Source: Chiloscyllium plagiosum
Lineage: Eukaryota
NCBI RefSeq assembly: GCF_004010195.1
Contig: NC_057752.1
Coordinates: forward strand, 1,664,487-1,705,495
Length of the DNA stretch: 41,009 nt
Direction: 5' to 3'
The notes under the pieces are model-generated. The model made no database searches. It was not told the DNA's origin and saw only the letters and a program-made list of their open reading frames with translations. A program made the position numbers and the translations under genes. This document shows positions 21,658-33,899 of the stretch, piece after piece (positions within the stretch are counted from its first letter, which is position 1; every line of letters starts with the position of its first letter).

Positions 21658-23258
21658 TCCACCCAGAACACTTTGATTAAATCCTCTCTCAACGGTGGGA
21701 CTGAACTGATGTTTATTACAGGCATTAAAGGACTGTGTTGTACCTTTATGAGGCTCACCTCATTTTGTCCAGACAAATAGAAACAAACTTTTGCCAATGC
21801 TCTTAATGCCATGCCTGGGCAGATGGTCAAAGCAACATTCGAAGCGAGAGCATGGAGTTGCAGTGAAGTGGCCAGCACTGAAAATAGGGCTGCTCTCCCA
21901 GCAAGGACTGGTGCGCAGCTCAGCAACTAAACATTACAACATTTCAAATCGAATGCAATTGTAAGCAATTGCTTCTTGCAAGCATTTCTCGCCATGTGCT
22001 GTAAAAAAAAATAAACAGGACACGGACCCTCAGGAACATTTAGAAAAAGCAGTTAAACTGTTCTTTATTGTCATAAAGGTTTGCAGACATGTCAGATAGA
22101 CAATACACAGTCAGTCACCATTCATTTAGTGATGAGACCTTTTCTTTATGGCTATGGTAATTATGATGAATGATTACTCACGAAAACCTCTTAATTCTGT
22201 CTTTCCCTTTGTTGGCTAGCTCACAGACTTATAGAAGCTTGTGGCACAGAGACCGTTTGGCCCAGCTTTAGTGGGCTGGCCTTTTGCGTGAGCACTCAAA
22301 AACATATCAGCCCGTGCCTGACTCTCGCCCCAAAGCCCTGGAGCTTTCTTTTTCTTCAAAAGGTCGCCCTTTCTTCCCTTAAAAGATGACATGGCCACAA
22401 AGGATTTCAGGACTGGGCACGATGCTGTTCAAAGGCAGGTCTAGAGATGGTGGCATGACGTTTTTGTTGCTTTTCAGCTGCCCACAACAGTGATGAAAAC
22501 TTCAACCAGCGCCCCATCTTTGGAGCAACATACCTCTGGCGAGCTGACTGGGCCGTTTGGATCCAGATGCCCAAGCGAACAGTTGGCATCCAAACTCCTG
22601 GTGGCACCTTGCCAATTTTAAGGGGAAGGTTATTGCTTGCCTTTAGAGCTGCCCAAGTGAAAGTTGCTGAAGCGGTGGGGGGGGGGGGGTGTGTGTAGTT
22701 TGCGCAATGACTGAACGATAATGATTAGGCCAGCCCTTTGCCTTCATGTTGTCTGCTGTGTATCATCATTGCACAATAAATAGCTATCACAGACGGAGCA
22801 GGTAATCTAAATAGTGAGGCAGAAGTTTGAAGCACATAAGCCTGAAAATTACAGTGAACAATGTGATCACGAAAACATCTCAACACCATCCTGTGCAAAT
22901 TCCCCTCTCCCAGTAAATCTCCAGAATTTGACCCACTAAACTCTCATCTATTTAATGTCAAGGAGGGGGGTGGGATTGTAACAGGAACAGGTGAAATACC
23001 GATGTGAGGACATTGCTCAGCAATTTCCAGTTGACACAGAGCATGCTTTTCATTCTATTTTGCTGAAAAATATCATAAAAATCAGAATTTCTGCACCACA
23101 ACTACATTGAATGATGGCGTGTGAATTGGTGATCTCACCATTGTCAATATATCCTTGCTGCGCTAGACAGCTATAATCAGACATTAACTCATTATTCACA
23201 AAAGCAATAATCGGAAGAAAATAGCAACAATGAAGTCTTATATAATAAAATAAAATAA

Positions 23259-23812
23259 AGAACTGCTGATGCTGCAGATCTGAAACGAACAGAGACAGAG
23301 AACACTGGAGAAACTCAGCAGGTCTGCTAGCATCTGTGGAGAGAGACAGCGAGTTAACATTTCGAGTCCAGTATGACTTCTCCAGGACATTCTGAAGTCT
23401 GGTCACTAGATTCAAAATATTAACTCGGTTTCTCTTTCCACAGATAGAATTAATAGAATCCCTACAGTGTGGAAACAGCCCCTTCGGCCCAACAAGTCCA
23501 CACTAACCCTCTGAAGAGTAACCCACGTAGACCCATTCCCTTACCCTGACTAATGCACCTAACCTACACATCCCTGAACACCAGGGGCAATTTAGCGTGG
23601 CCAATCCACCGAACCTGCACATCTTTGGACTGTGGGAGGAAACCTACGCAGAAACGGGGAGAATGTACAAACTCCACATAGTCACCCGAGGCTGGAATCG
23701 AACCTGGGTCCCTGGTGCTGTGAGGCAGCAGTGCTAACTACTGAGCTATAGTGCTGCCCCAATAATGCTACCAGACCTGCTGAGTTTCTCCAGTGTTCTC
23801 TGTCTCTGTTTG
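23259..23812. mobile_element. Palindromic Penelope-like relic interrupted by an HE1 SINE
   Basis: The left arm acagagacagagaacactggagaaactcagcaggtctg pairs with 23772-23809. The right arm is split by the SINE at about 23446-23760. Confidence 0.7.
23446..23760 (-). mobile_element. HE1-type SINE
   Basis: Same family, reverse orientation. Confidence 0.87.
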
Positions 23813-24391
23813 TAAATGGATAGCCTCACATTCCTTACATGAAAGAAAAACTCAAAATATTAAAACACTGACAGTATCGCTGCATGGAATTATACAAGGA
23901 TCAATCAATTACACTATTATATCCCTGTTTCTGTTGAGTGGGTGACATTTTGAGATTCCATCATTGTTAACTTTCTCATCTGTTACAGGACTATGATTAA
24001 TGGATTAATATGGATTGATGGGAAATGGTTTGGAAAAGGAATTGTTATTGGCCTCAGTATAAGACAGACACAGTGTTCTGTGAGCAGTCATGACAAGATC
24101 CTTTTTTTCAGCAAATCCTTGTTTTTCCTCATCAGCTGACACTGGGCAAGAATGGTCAAAATCCCCTCTCGTGCACCACAGAGCCAGATTGTTACTTTCG
24201 CAGTGCCTGGCATCCATATTTGGCAAATTAGTGTGGTTGGAGGTGGCGAACATTAACTGGTTCAAAATAAAACACTGCCTGTTCCAAAAAATGTCACAGA
24301 CTGTGGCTGTTCAAAGCAGGGACATATTCGAAGTCAAGGTAGGGATGGCTGCTTTTTCTGCTCTGCTTGGCTGGTACTTGAGAAAGGGGCA

Positions 24392-24697
24392 TTAGATTAG
24401 ATGCCCTACATAGTGGAAACAGGCCCCTTTGGCCTAACAAGTCCACACCGACCCTCCGAAGAGTAACCCACCGTGACCCATTCCCCCTACCCTATATTTA
24501 GCCCTGACTGATGCACCTAACACTATGGGCAATTTAGCATGGCCAATTCACCTGACCTGCACATCTTTGGGTTGTGGGAGGAAACTCACACAGACACAGG
24601 GAGAATGTGCAAACTCCACACAGACAGTGTCCCAAGGCTGGGATCAAACCTGTTACCGTGAGGCAACAATGCTAACCACTGAGCCACCATACCACCC
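24392..24697 (-). mobile_element. HE1-type SINE
   Basis: Same family, reverse orientation. Confidence 0.87.
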
Positions 24698-25814
24698 TAC
24701 TTCTAAGACATCCAAAACTGGTGGACACAGCAAGGAACAGGAGGACCATGATGGATAACAGTTTAATCTCATAAGTTTCCTTCGTCTGAGACATTAGTGC
24801 CTTAACAGTTGCCTGAAAGAGAGGCATTTTTGTTTGGCTTTTGTCAGCTGGTCAGATTTATTCAAGAACCTGGCTTCGTACAATAAGCAATTTCTTTTTC
24901 GCTGCTGTTTTGCACTGCCGCTATCCTTTTGCGCATAATGACATCTGATGAAGGAAGAAAGTATAACGCTGCAAAACACGAGAGATCGGCTCGCATTGAA
25001 TCTGACAGGAGCCCATCTTTTCTCCCCCCCTTTGCGCTTCATTAGGGTTTGATCGCTTTTAAATAGTGCTCGCTTCTTTTCGTCAAAATGCATGCTTCTT
25101 TTAAAGAGAATCACATTTGAAAGTGTGGGGGATTCTCGTGGAAGTACAGGTGGTCAAGCAGCAAAAGAATGCTCCTGGTCACAAATACCATAAGTAGCCA
25201 AGTCAAGAAAATCTTGGGTTTGAGCACAAGGTTGAAAAAGGATTCTGGGTTAACTTCGGATAAAGGCAACCCCAGGGGCCCTTGCGACAAACAAAAGACA
25301 CGCAGCAATATGTGAGAAGGTTGGCTCACAGTCATGGGATGACTGACAAGGTTGGAAATGTTTATAGAGATCATGGCAGCAGTACTCGATCAGAAATAGG
25401 AACGACAAGCATGGGGAGAGACGTTCATCGCGGGCAATTGTTTTGTTACTGTTGGTTGCTTTAAAGCTGAACCCAGTGGTGGCAGGTTAGCTCAGCAGGC
25501 AATGACACCATGAGAAAGGTCACTTAGTCTTCCCCCTAGAAATGGTTGGATGAGCGAGAAATCTGTGCAAAGCGTTGATTTACAATCCCGGACAGACACA
25601 GCCTGAGACATTTCTGACCAGCCTGTCTTCTTATTGGTGCTCAGGAGTCCATCTGAAAATGGCTGCCATTCCACTCCCCACCAATGCTGTTTCTGTCTCA
25701 AAAGATTTTTTCTGGTAATGGCACCTTTCATTTAAGTCTACAGTCAGGTTTGGAGATTAGATACTTCCACTGCCAGATTAAAATGGGCAACAGTTAAACT
25801 ATCACAAGATATCC

Positions 25815-26060
25815 AAGCGGGAGTCGGCCATTCAGCCCCTCAGGCCTGCCCTTCCATCCTCTGCCACGGCTGATCCACCCCAGGCCTCAACTCCTCTTTC
25901 ATGCCAGCCCCTCATAGCCCTCAATTCCTCAGTATTTCCAACATCTATCTACTTCCTTTTTAAAGCCTTTTCAGCAATCTAGCCTCCACAACTCTCTGAG
26001 GTAGAGGATGCCAAATAGTTACTACCTTCAGAGAAGAAATTCCTTCACATTTCAGTCTTA
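25815..26060 (-). mobile_element. CR1-clade LINE 3' tail (old)
   Basis: ggccattcagccc...gagaagaaattcct, reverse complement of the CR1 3' end. Confidence 0.6.
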
Positions 26061-27324
26061 GATTGAGTGTCGACTGAGTTCAGTGGATAAGCAAAGCAGA
26101 GGTTGATAGGGAAGATGGAACAACATCAACTTGCACTTACATAGCAACTTTAATGCAATGAAAATGGCCCACGGTGCTTCACAGGTGCATAAGATGGCAA
26201 AAAGCGAGCTAGCGTGAAGAAATCTTAGCGCAGATGTCAAAAAAGCCTTTTTAAAAATGTTTGTTTTAATGAGAAGTCTCTTTAAATGAAGTGGAGAAAA
26301 TCAGGGAGGGAATTTGAGAGCTTAGGCAGCTGAGGCCAGTGGTGGAGGGATTAAACTGTAGAGATGACACAGAGAACACTGACCTCTGCTCTTGAACTGT
26401 CTTCTCGGGGTCAGCCATCTTGGATGTGCACTTGAATTAATAGCCTTTGTTACTTTTGTTTGAAAAAGGTTTTCCCCCCCCTCCCCCCAACTTGACAATT
26501 ATTTGGTAACAGCACGTATTTTGCCTTTCTTGTCCTTGCACTGTTTTCTTGCAATTCAGATTGGCCAAGAAGATTTCAAGCCAAGCTGTGTTTGGTAACT
26601 CCAGCTTGTGTATCGACGCACCAGCTGCTTTGAAATGCAAAACCTGTTCATAAAAGCCGCACTTTGGAGTCACCAAAATATTGTAGCTGCATGCATGAAC
26701 AAAAAAATTCATCCACTGATGGAAACTGTGGTCTCAAGAGCACAAGGTTAACATTTCACTGAACAGCTCCATCCATATTTGACAAGAATTCACCCCTGCT
26801 CCCCACCCCCATCTCCCATTCTCCTGAAGGTGCTGACTCATGCTTGGGTTGGCTGCTGTCTAGCCCAAGTGGCCACTCTTAACAGCTCATACACAATAAT
26901 AAGTCCCCAGTAGGGTACTCGCCCATGGTGATGCCACAGCAAAGATCCATTGCCCCCATGCCCAACAGCCACAGACACACAACTTGCAGCGGGGAGGGGG
27001 GAATGAGCAGCTGAACTCCAATTTACTTCCTTGTTTTCTTGCAAAGAGATAGAGGCACATTTCATCCCTTATTGGCAGCAAGAGTGAGATCAGCAAACGT
27101 GGCACCGATTGAAGCTGGCATGATGCCACATTTCGCAGCTGATCCACCAGGGCGTCACTCTCGAACCAGGATGTTGAACCATTTTATTATTGCCTTTTTA
27201 AAATGACAGAGTTATTCATTCCAGTCGGTTGGAATACCTGCTGCTGCCAACAATTAAGTGCTTAAAATGATCGGACTCAACAACTTTAGGTGGTCCTGAC
27301 ATTGTATGTCTATCAAAGATGTAT

Positions 27325-27475
27325 CAAAATCCTGAACTTCTCTCCCTAATGGCATTGTGGGGTACATACGACTTGTGGACCACAGTGCCTCAAGGAGGCA
27401 GCTCACCTCCACCTTCTCCAGGGGCAATTAGGGATGGGCAATGCATGTTTGCCCAGCCTATATCCCATGAATGAG
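27325..27475 (+). mobile_element. L2-like LINE 3' tail
   Basis: gcagctcacc...ccttctccaggggcaattagggatgggcaa, same tail as 2690-2735. Confidence 0.55.
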
Positions 27476-28127
27476 AGGTTTGACTAGATTAACTAGGAAG
27501 CTCAGAGTTCTGTGCTCTCCAAAGATTGCAACACCAAGTACAATTTCTAATAGTCTCAGTGAGCAAGACACCCTAGTACCAGCTGAGTGAAGTGAACTTA
27601 ACATTTTATTCCTTAAATTGAAAAGTTCCTTTCACTTAAAGCCCCTATGTGTCAAGTATAAGTCACTGTCACCCAATTGGAGAGGCAAGTTAGATAACCG
27701 CTCTTCACAGGAATGAATTCCTTATCGGGTGCTGATATTCGGGTAATTTCCCCACAAAGAGACAAGGCGATAAATTCAGGCAAAGACGTTGCAGGAATAT
27801 TGTCTCACAATTACAACTTTTCACAGTAACAAAGCATTCATTCAATCAAGAGTCCAGAGTCGAGACTAAAAAATGCACTCACAAACTTATAAGTACAAAC
27901 AGTGTTTCACTCCAACATTATATGTTGGATGATACCCAAGTATATTATATTAAACTCTCTGCCCCGTGTACCTGCATCAGTGGCACAAGGTCAAGGCAGT
28001 TTTATTTTCCTGAGCCACTTGACCTTCTGCTTCTAGGCATCCACAATATCCTGCTTTTTGATCCAAAGAATCAGCGTTTCACGCTGTTCAGTCTCCAGGC
28101 TTCAGCGATAAAGCCTGCTTTGAACCT

Positions 28128-28283
28128 GGACAAAGTCAAAAATCACACAACACCCAGTTAAAGTCCAACAGGTTTATTTCAAATAATTGTTTTTTGAAAT
28201 AGTGAATTCAAATAAACCTGTTGAACTATAACCCAGTGTCATGTGAGTTTTGGCTTTGTCCAACACTGGTACCTCCACATCTT
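28128..28283. mobile_element. Palindromic Penelope-like relic (second family)
   Basis: ggacaaagtcaaaaatcaca...aacaggtttatt versus aataaacctgtt...gagttttggctttgtcc inverted arms. Ribozyme centre deleted. Confidence 0.65.
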
Positions 28284-28425
28284 TGGAACCAGACGTGCTG
28301 CCCTAATGAGGAGAGTGGGGTACCTGATCAACATTGACCCAGATACTTAGCGAATTTTGAGACGTTTTGTAGCTCAGGTTGAGGTTTTGGATGTAGGTTT
28401 GCTCGCTGAGCTGGAAAGTTCATTT

Positions 28426-28465
28426 CCAGACGTTTCGTTACCCTACTAGGTAACATCTTCAGTGG
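28426..28465 (-). ncRNA. Minimal type I hammerhead ribozyme motif (intact core)
   Basis: Minus strand reads CCA CUGAAGA U GUUACC uaguag GGUAAC GAAA CG UC UGG: 3-bp stem I, 6-bp stem II, palindromic ACGU in place of stem III, GUC site. Confidence 0.8.
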
Positions 28466-28802
28466 GCCTCAGACGAAGCAATGCTGAAAATTCCTGCTTT
28501 CGATTTATATGTTTGGGTTTCTTTGGGTTAGTGATATCATTTCCTGTGATGATGTTATTTCCTGTGGTGAAGTCACTTCCTGCTCTTTTTCTCAGGGGTG
28601 GTAGATGGGGTCTAATGTAATTCCAACCGGAACTCTATCAACAAACACGAGTTAGACTCCATCTACCACCCCCTGAGAAAAAGAACAGGAAATGACTTCA
28701 CCACAGGAAATAACATCACCACAGGAAATGACATCACCAACCCAAAGAAACCCAAACATATAAATCAAAAGAAGGAATTTCCAGCATTGCTTCATCTGAG
28801 GC

Positions 28803-28842
28803 CCACTGAAGATGTTACCTAGTAGGGTGAAGAAACGTCTGG
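28803..28842 (+). ncRNA. Minimal hammerhead motif, stem II damaged
   Basis: CCA CUGAAGA U GUUACC uaguag GGUGAA GAAA CG UC UGG. The closing G-C pair of stem II is lost (C to A). Confidence 0.6.
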
Positions 28843-30603
28843 AAATGAACCTTCCAGCTCAGCGAGCAAACCTACATCCAGGACCCAGATACTTGCTGGT
28901 GACAAGATCACAAAGAGCATTCTCAAAAGGCCTGGGAGGAAAGCTCACTGCTGCTCATCCCCCTCTGTTTGGAGATTGGTGTGTAGAGAGGGAAAGGGAT
29001 CAAACCAGGGACTATTTAGAACTGACATGGGAGAATTTTTAGGTTAAGAGAAAATTGGTGGTGTTACCATGGGAGCTGCATCATGCAGTGACAGGATGCA
29101 GCTTGTCAAATAGGAACTAGTCAATAATTTAGGATCATAACCTTTTTATTTACCTAGCGTTGCACGAAGTCTGAAATATTCAGATGCAAACCACAATATC
29201 AGAATATAAAATCTGAGTCTTGGTGTAAGACTAGACAAAAGGTCCATTTGGAGTTTAACAAAAGAGATGTTTCCTTGTGTTATAAAAGTTATAGCAGCTC
29301 AGTAATTTCAGACAGGACTGGGAATGAAGAGCATCTCTCAGTCTCACCAATCAGTGTCCAGTTACAACTATTCCAAAATCAAGGGACCGTGGTTCGAACA
29401 ACGCACAACAGTGTCCAAAATGTTACACTGTGACTGCTTCACAGAATGTGGGTAACGGGAGACATTTAAGTAAATGGTAAAAGTAATGAAATGTCTGTTT
29501 AAATTTTCTTTTAAAAACCCTACGGTCTCACAGCTTTAAAAGGATTCTCAAAAGACCTCTTTTTTGATCATTTCGTTTATGATCAATTGGGTTTTAGCAT
29601 TGAATGCCTTCATTCAATCAGTATCCACCTACAGCCTTTTTGGTTGCTTGCCTCCAGATCATCAATGAGAAACAAACCAGTTACACGCAAGGGATTAGTC
29701 ACGGGAAGGTTAAGGCATTGTAGTCCTTCTGATCTCTCCATATCTGGCTGCGCTTCCTTTTCCAGCTAGTCCTTTCATCCCCATCACCTCTGTCTGTCAT
29801 CCTAACCCTTTCTTCATTCCCTCCTTACTTCCCATCTCTTGAAACTAACTGCATTATGATACACTTGTAATCCAGAAAATATACCTGTTTAAATAGAAAG
29901 TGAATTGTGTTTTAACCAGATCCAATTTATCAATAACCCTTCACGCACAGTCCCATTTTTCAGGGTTTGTTTTAAATACCACTGGATCTCATTGTATTGT
30001 GCATCTATTGCCAAGGTAAAACATTAGTTGAGCCAGAGTGGGCTACTATTGATTGTCTAAGGGAGTCCAAGGTGAATTTTCCAGATTTATTTTCCCTGCT
30101 AACTGCTCTGGACTCTTATCTGGCTCTCTGCCCCTCCCCCCAACCCCCAAACTCTGAGGGGACCACTTACTGCCAGTTCAGGCAAGGAGTGTATAGAGTG
30201 GATTAATAAGGCACTGTAGCTGTATGGGGCAGAGGCAGGTTTTTTTCCCCTGTCTGTCAATGAATAAAAGTCAGCAGCTCCCTCCCCCTCAGCTTGAAGT
30301 GGGATCCCTTTGTGACGAAACGTTGCAGGGAGAGAGCCGAATGAACGATGTACCTTTGCAATGCGTGTGTGGGCTATCACTCAAACATCAACTCCATGTG
30401 CTGACAGTCACCTTTGGAAACACATTTTCAGCCTGGAGGAACAATTGATTTTAAACTCCAGAAAGAATAAGTCGGGACGCTGGCATTACTTTGATAGGGT
30501 GGAGCAGACATCTTCCTTTCCAATATGTGGTACATTTTTAGTTTCAAGTGTTCCTTCGCTGTGCCAGCCCCTCAAACAAGCCCTCCATGAAGCCCACCAC
30601 GTT

Positions 30604-31685
30604 CACACACACACGCACAAACACACACAATCACACACGCACACACCCATACACACACACAGATAAAGACATACACACCCACAGACACACATACACAGAC
30701 ACACACACACTTACATGGACATACACACCCACCCACAGACACACATACACACACACACGTACNNNNNNNNNNNNNNNNNNNNNNNNNNNNNNNNNNNNNN
30801 NNNNNNNNNNNNNNNNNNNNNNNNNNNNNNNNNNNNNNNNNNNNNNNNNNNNNNNNNNNNNNNNNNNNNNNNNNNNNNNNNNNNNNNNNNNNNNNNNNNN
30901 NNNNNNNNNNNNNNNNNNNNNNNNNNNNNNNNNNNNNNNNNNNNNNNNNNNNNNNNNNNNNNNNNNNNNNNNNNNNNNNNNNNNNNNNNNNNNNNNNNNN
31001 NNNNNNNNNNNNNNNNNNNNNNNNNNNNNNNNNNNNNNNNNNNNNNNNNNNNNNNNNNNNNNNNNNNNNNNNNNNNNNNNNNNNNNNNNNNNNNNNNNNN
31101 NNNNNNNNNNNNNNNNNNNNNNNNNNNNNNNNNNNNNNNNNNNNNNNNNNNNNNNNNNNNNNNNNNNNNNNNNNNNNNNNNNNNNNNNNNNNNNNNNNNN
31201 NNNNNNNNNNNNNNNNNNNNNNNNNNNNNNNNNNNNNNNNNNNNNNNNNNNNNNNNNNNNNNNNNNNNNNNNNNNNNNNNNNNNNNNNNNNNNNNNNNNN
31301 NNNNNNNNNNNNNNNNNNNNNNNNNNNNNNNNNNNNNNNNNNNNNNNNNNNNNNNNNNNNNNNNNNNNNNNNNNNNNNNNNNNNNNNNNNNNNNNNNNNN
31401 NNNNNNNNNNNNNNNNNNNNNNNNNNNNNNNNNNNNNNNNNNNNNNNNNNNNNNNNNNNNNNNNNNNNNNNNNNNNNNNNNNNNNNNNNNNNNNNNNNNN
31501 NNNNNNNNNNNNNNNNNNNNNNNNNNNNNNNNNNNNNNNNNNNNNNNNNNNNNNNNNACATAGACATACACACACAGAGACATATACACATAGACATACA
31601 CACACACACACGTACATAGACACACACACGTACATAGACATACACACACACACAGACGCATACACACACACAGACACACACAGAC
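30604..31685. repeat. Degenerate (CA)n tract flanking both sides of a 795-N gap
   Basis: CA-rich at 30604-30762 and 31558-31685. Confidence 0.9.
30763..31557. other. Assembly gap (795 N)
   Basis: Run of N. Confidence 0.99.
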
Positions 31686-32315
31686 TTCCTGTGGTTGCCA
31701 TTCTTGAAACACATTGCTTGAAAGTTTGAAAGTGAGAAAAAGAAGAAAAAAGTCCCTGTAACTCTCAACGACTTTATCATGTGGCAGAACCTGCGAAACC
31801 CACCTCTGTCGTTACGTCATTTCAGAAGATTGATCTGGAAAGGTCTCAAGTTTGATTTCTGGCATCTTTAAAAACCTTTCCTTGTGTCTTCCAAATAGCG
31901 ACTCCCAGTCAAATGATGGGATTTACCTTTCCCGCTTACAAAAGCCAGCAGATTAACTAACCAGGAATATTCAAGAGACAGTTTTCTTACTGAATGCAAG
32001 GCTGTTCTCCAGAAATGCCATCCACTACAACCAAACCTTGAGGATGATCCTTTAAGGGTAGAGGCAATAAATCTGCCATGTTGCCATTGTTTTCCTCAAA
32101 GCTTCTTGACACAGAGGAAGTCACGGACTTGTTGCAGCATTTACTACGACAAATTTAAGACTCTGTCGAACAAAATCTTCTGAAGTTGAAAAGCTAAAAG
32201 CCACCTCCCTGATAAGGTTTGGATCTTCCAGGAGCCTTCACTCGTTGCCAAGGAGACAGTGGGGCCTGGAGCAAAGATGGCGTCAGATCTGTTCGTGAGA
32301 GGCCCGGCTGGTTCC

Positions 32316-32399
32316 TCATTGGGCGGAGCCATTGCCAAAAATCGGGGTACCGTTCAGAGCAGGGTGAAAGCCAAGAAAGCCATTGGAATCTTCTTTCAT
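32316..32399 (-). CDS. AHR: Probable terminal coding exon of the AHR gene
   Basis: Pyrimidine tract ttttgttcttacctttc followed by aaag| acceptor. Phase 0 matches the upstream exon. Encodes MKEDSNGFLGFHPALNGTPIFGNGSAQ*; the similarity to fish AHR2 C-termini is recalled, not aligned. The AAG acceptor is suboptimal. Confidence 0.6.
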   Translation of the reverse strand: MKEDSNGFLGFHPALNGTPIFGNGSAQ

Positions 32400-32554
32400 C
32401 TTTGAAAGGTAAGAACAAAATTGGACAAGCATCATCAGAGGCCCTGGCTTCCAACCTCCTCGCTTCACCCAACCCAACTCTTTTGAAGGTGACTCAGACA
32501 GAACTGTCATGGAACATCTTATTCAAATGTCTTCACCCAGAGAGTGAGGAGCCT

Positions 32555-33380
32555 GGAGAATTCTCTGCCACAGAATGTGGTTAACCCCAAACAATGAATG
32601 TGTTCAAGGAGTTAGATAGACAGGGTAGTGAAGAATGCATTTGGTATGCTTTCCTTTATTGGTCAGAGTATTGAGTACAGGAGTTGGGAGGTCATGTTGT
32701 GGCTGTACAGGACATTGGTTAGACCGCTGTTGGAATACTGCGTGCAATTCTGGTCTCCCTGCTACAGGGAGAGGGTTCAGAAACGATTTACAAGGATATT
32801 TGCCAGGGTTGGAGGGTTTGAGCTACAGGGAGAGGCTGATAGACTGGGGCTGTTTTCCCTGGAGTGTCGGAGGTTGAGGAGTGAACTTATCGAGGTTTAT
32901 AAAATCATGAGGGACATGGATAGGATAAATAGACCAAGATTGTTCCCCATGGTAGCAAAGTCCAAAACTAGAGGGCATAGGTTTAGGGTGAGATTTAAAA
33001 GGGACCTAAGGGGCAACTTTTTCACACAGAGGGTGGTGTGTGTATGGAATGAGCTGCCAGAGGAAGTGGTGGAGGCTGGTACAATTACGGCACTTAAAAG
33101 GCATCTGGATGGGTATATGAATAGGAAGGGTTTAGAGGGATATGGGCCAAGTGCTGGTAAATGGGACTAGATTAATTTAGGATATCTGGTCGAAGGGTCT
33201 GTTTCTGTGTTGTATGACTCTATGACTCCATATAGTTCCTAGGGCTAAAGGCATCAAAGGATATGGGGGAGAAAGTGGGAGCAGGGGACTGAGTTGGATG
33301 ATCAGCCGTGATCAGATTGAGTGGGGGAAACAGGGTCAAAGGGCACAATGGCCTCCTAGTTTCTACGTTGCGATGTTCTG
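32555..33380 (+). mobile_element. HER1/CR1 LINE (about 32605-33230) nested in an older CR1 tail
   Basis: AFGMLSFIGQSIEYRSWEVMLWLYRTLVRPLLEYCVQFWSP...RHLDGYMNRKG. The flanks join as a different CR1 3' end. Confidence 0.9.
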
Positions 33381-33899
33381 AACCAATGACCTTCTGCCTC
33401 AGGACGTGACAATGCTGTCAAATGAGTCGAGCTGAAAATTTCACCTTCATCTCACTCCACCCTGGGCACCAAACCCAAGTTAACCTCCTACAACTAACGG
33501 GTGCACAGGTCTTACAGCTCATTGGCTGAGATTTCACCGTTACAGAAAAGGCATTGGCCTGGAAGAAGGTTATTACAATAACTGCACACGTGCACGGCGT
33601 AACTCACAAAGATAGATGACCTAGCTTGCCTTGGTTAAATCATCTTGAAGGACACAAAGTAAGTGTCCAGCTGACGAGATCTACCTCGAGGTGGCTGTAC
33701 TGGGGTTAAACTAAACTCTGTACAAAGCAATCTTCTGCTTCATTCCATGGATTCAAACTACTCTGAACAGCAACACTATTTAGCCCCTCGACTTCCTTCC
33801 TGTCCTTCATTCCAGTTATGGCTGATTTAACAACAATTACCTGCCTTTGATCCATAACCCTCAATACCATTACCCAAGAAAAAGGTGTCACCTCAGTCG

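Larger units (their letters stand above)
28349..28881. mobile_element. Penelope-like retroelement relic, inverted-repeat form, with hammerhead motifs
   Basis: Inverted arms about 28388-28615 and 28652-28880. 13-bp TSD gacccagatactt at 28336-28348 and 28882-28894. Unpaired 39-bp tail at 28349-28387. The centre translates SNRNSINKHELDSIYHPLRKR, resembling a Penelope ORF (GIY-YIG endonuclease) C-terminus. Confidence 0.85.

Noticed and set aside
26437..26712. KCGFYEQ on minus, and ILFKRS near 25110, as the integrin GFFKR exon on an inverted contig
   Set aside because: Motifs do not match GFFKR, there is no suitable acceptor at the expected position, and no transmembrane exon nearby.
30548..31780. 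His/Thr- and Val/Cys-rich ORFs of 282-402 aa
   Set aside because: CA microsatellite plus N gap artefact.
32219..32415. Plus-strand ORF ending at a strong donor aag|gtaaga
   Set aside because: No integrin or other similarity recognised. It is explained as the complement of the proposed AHR acceptor pyrimidine tract.
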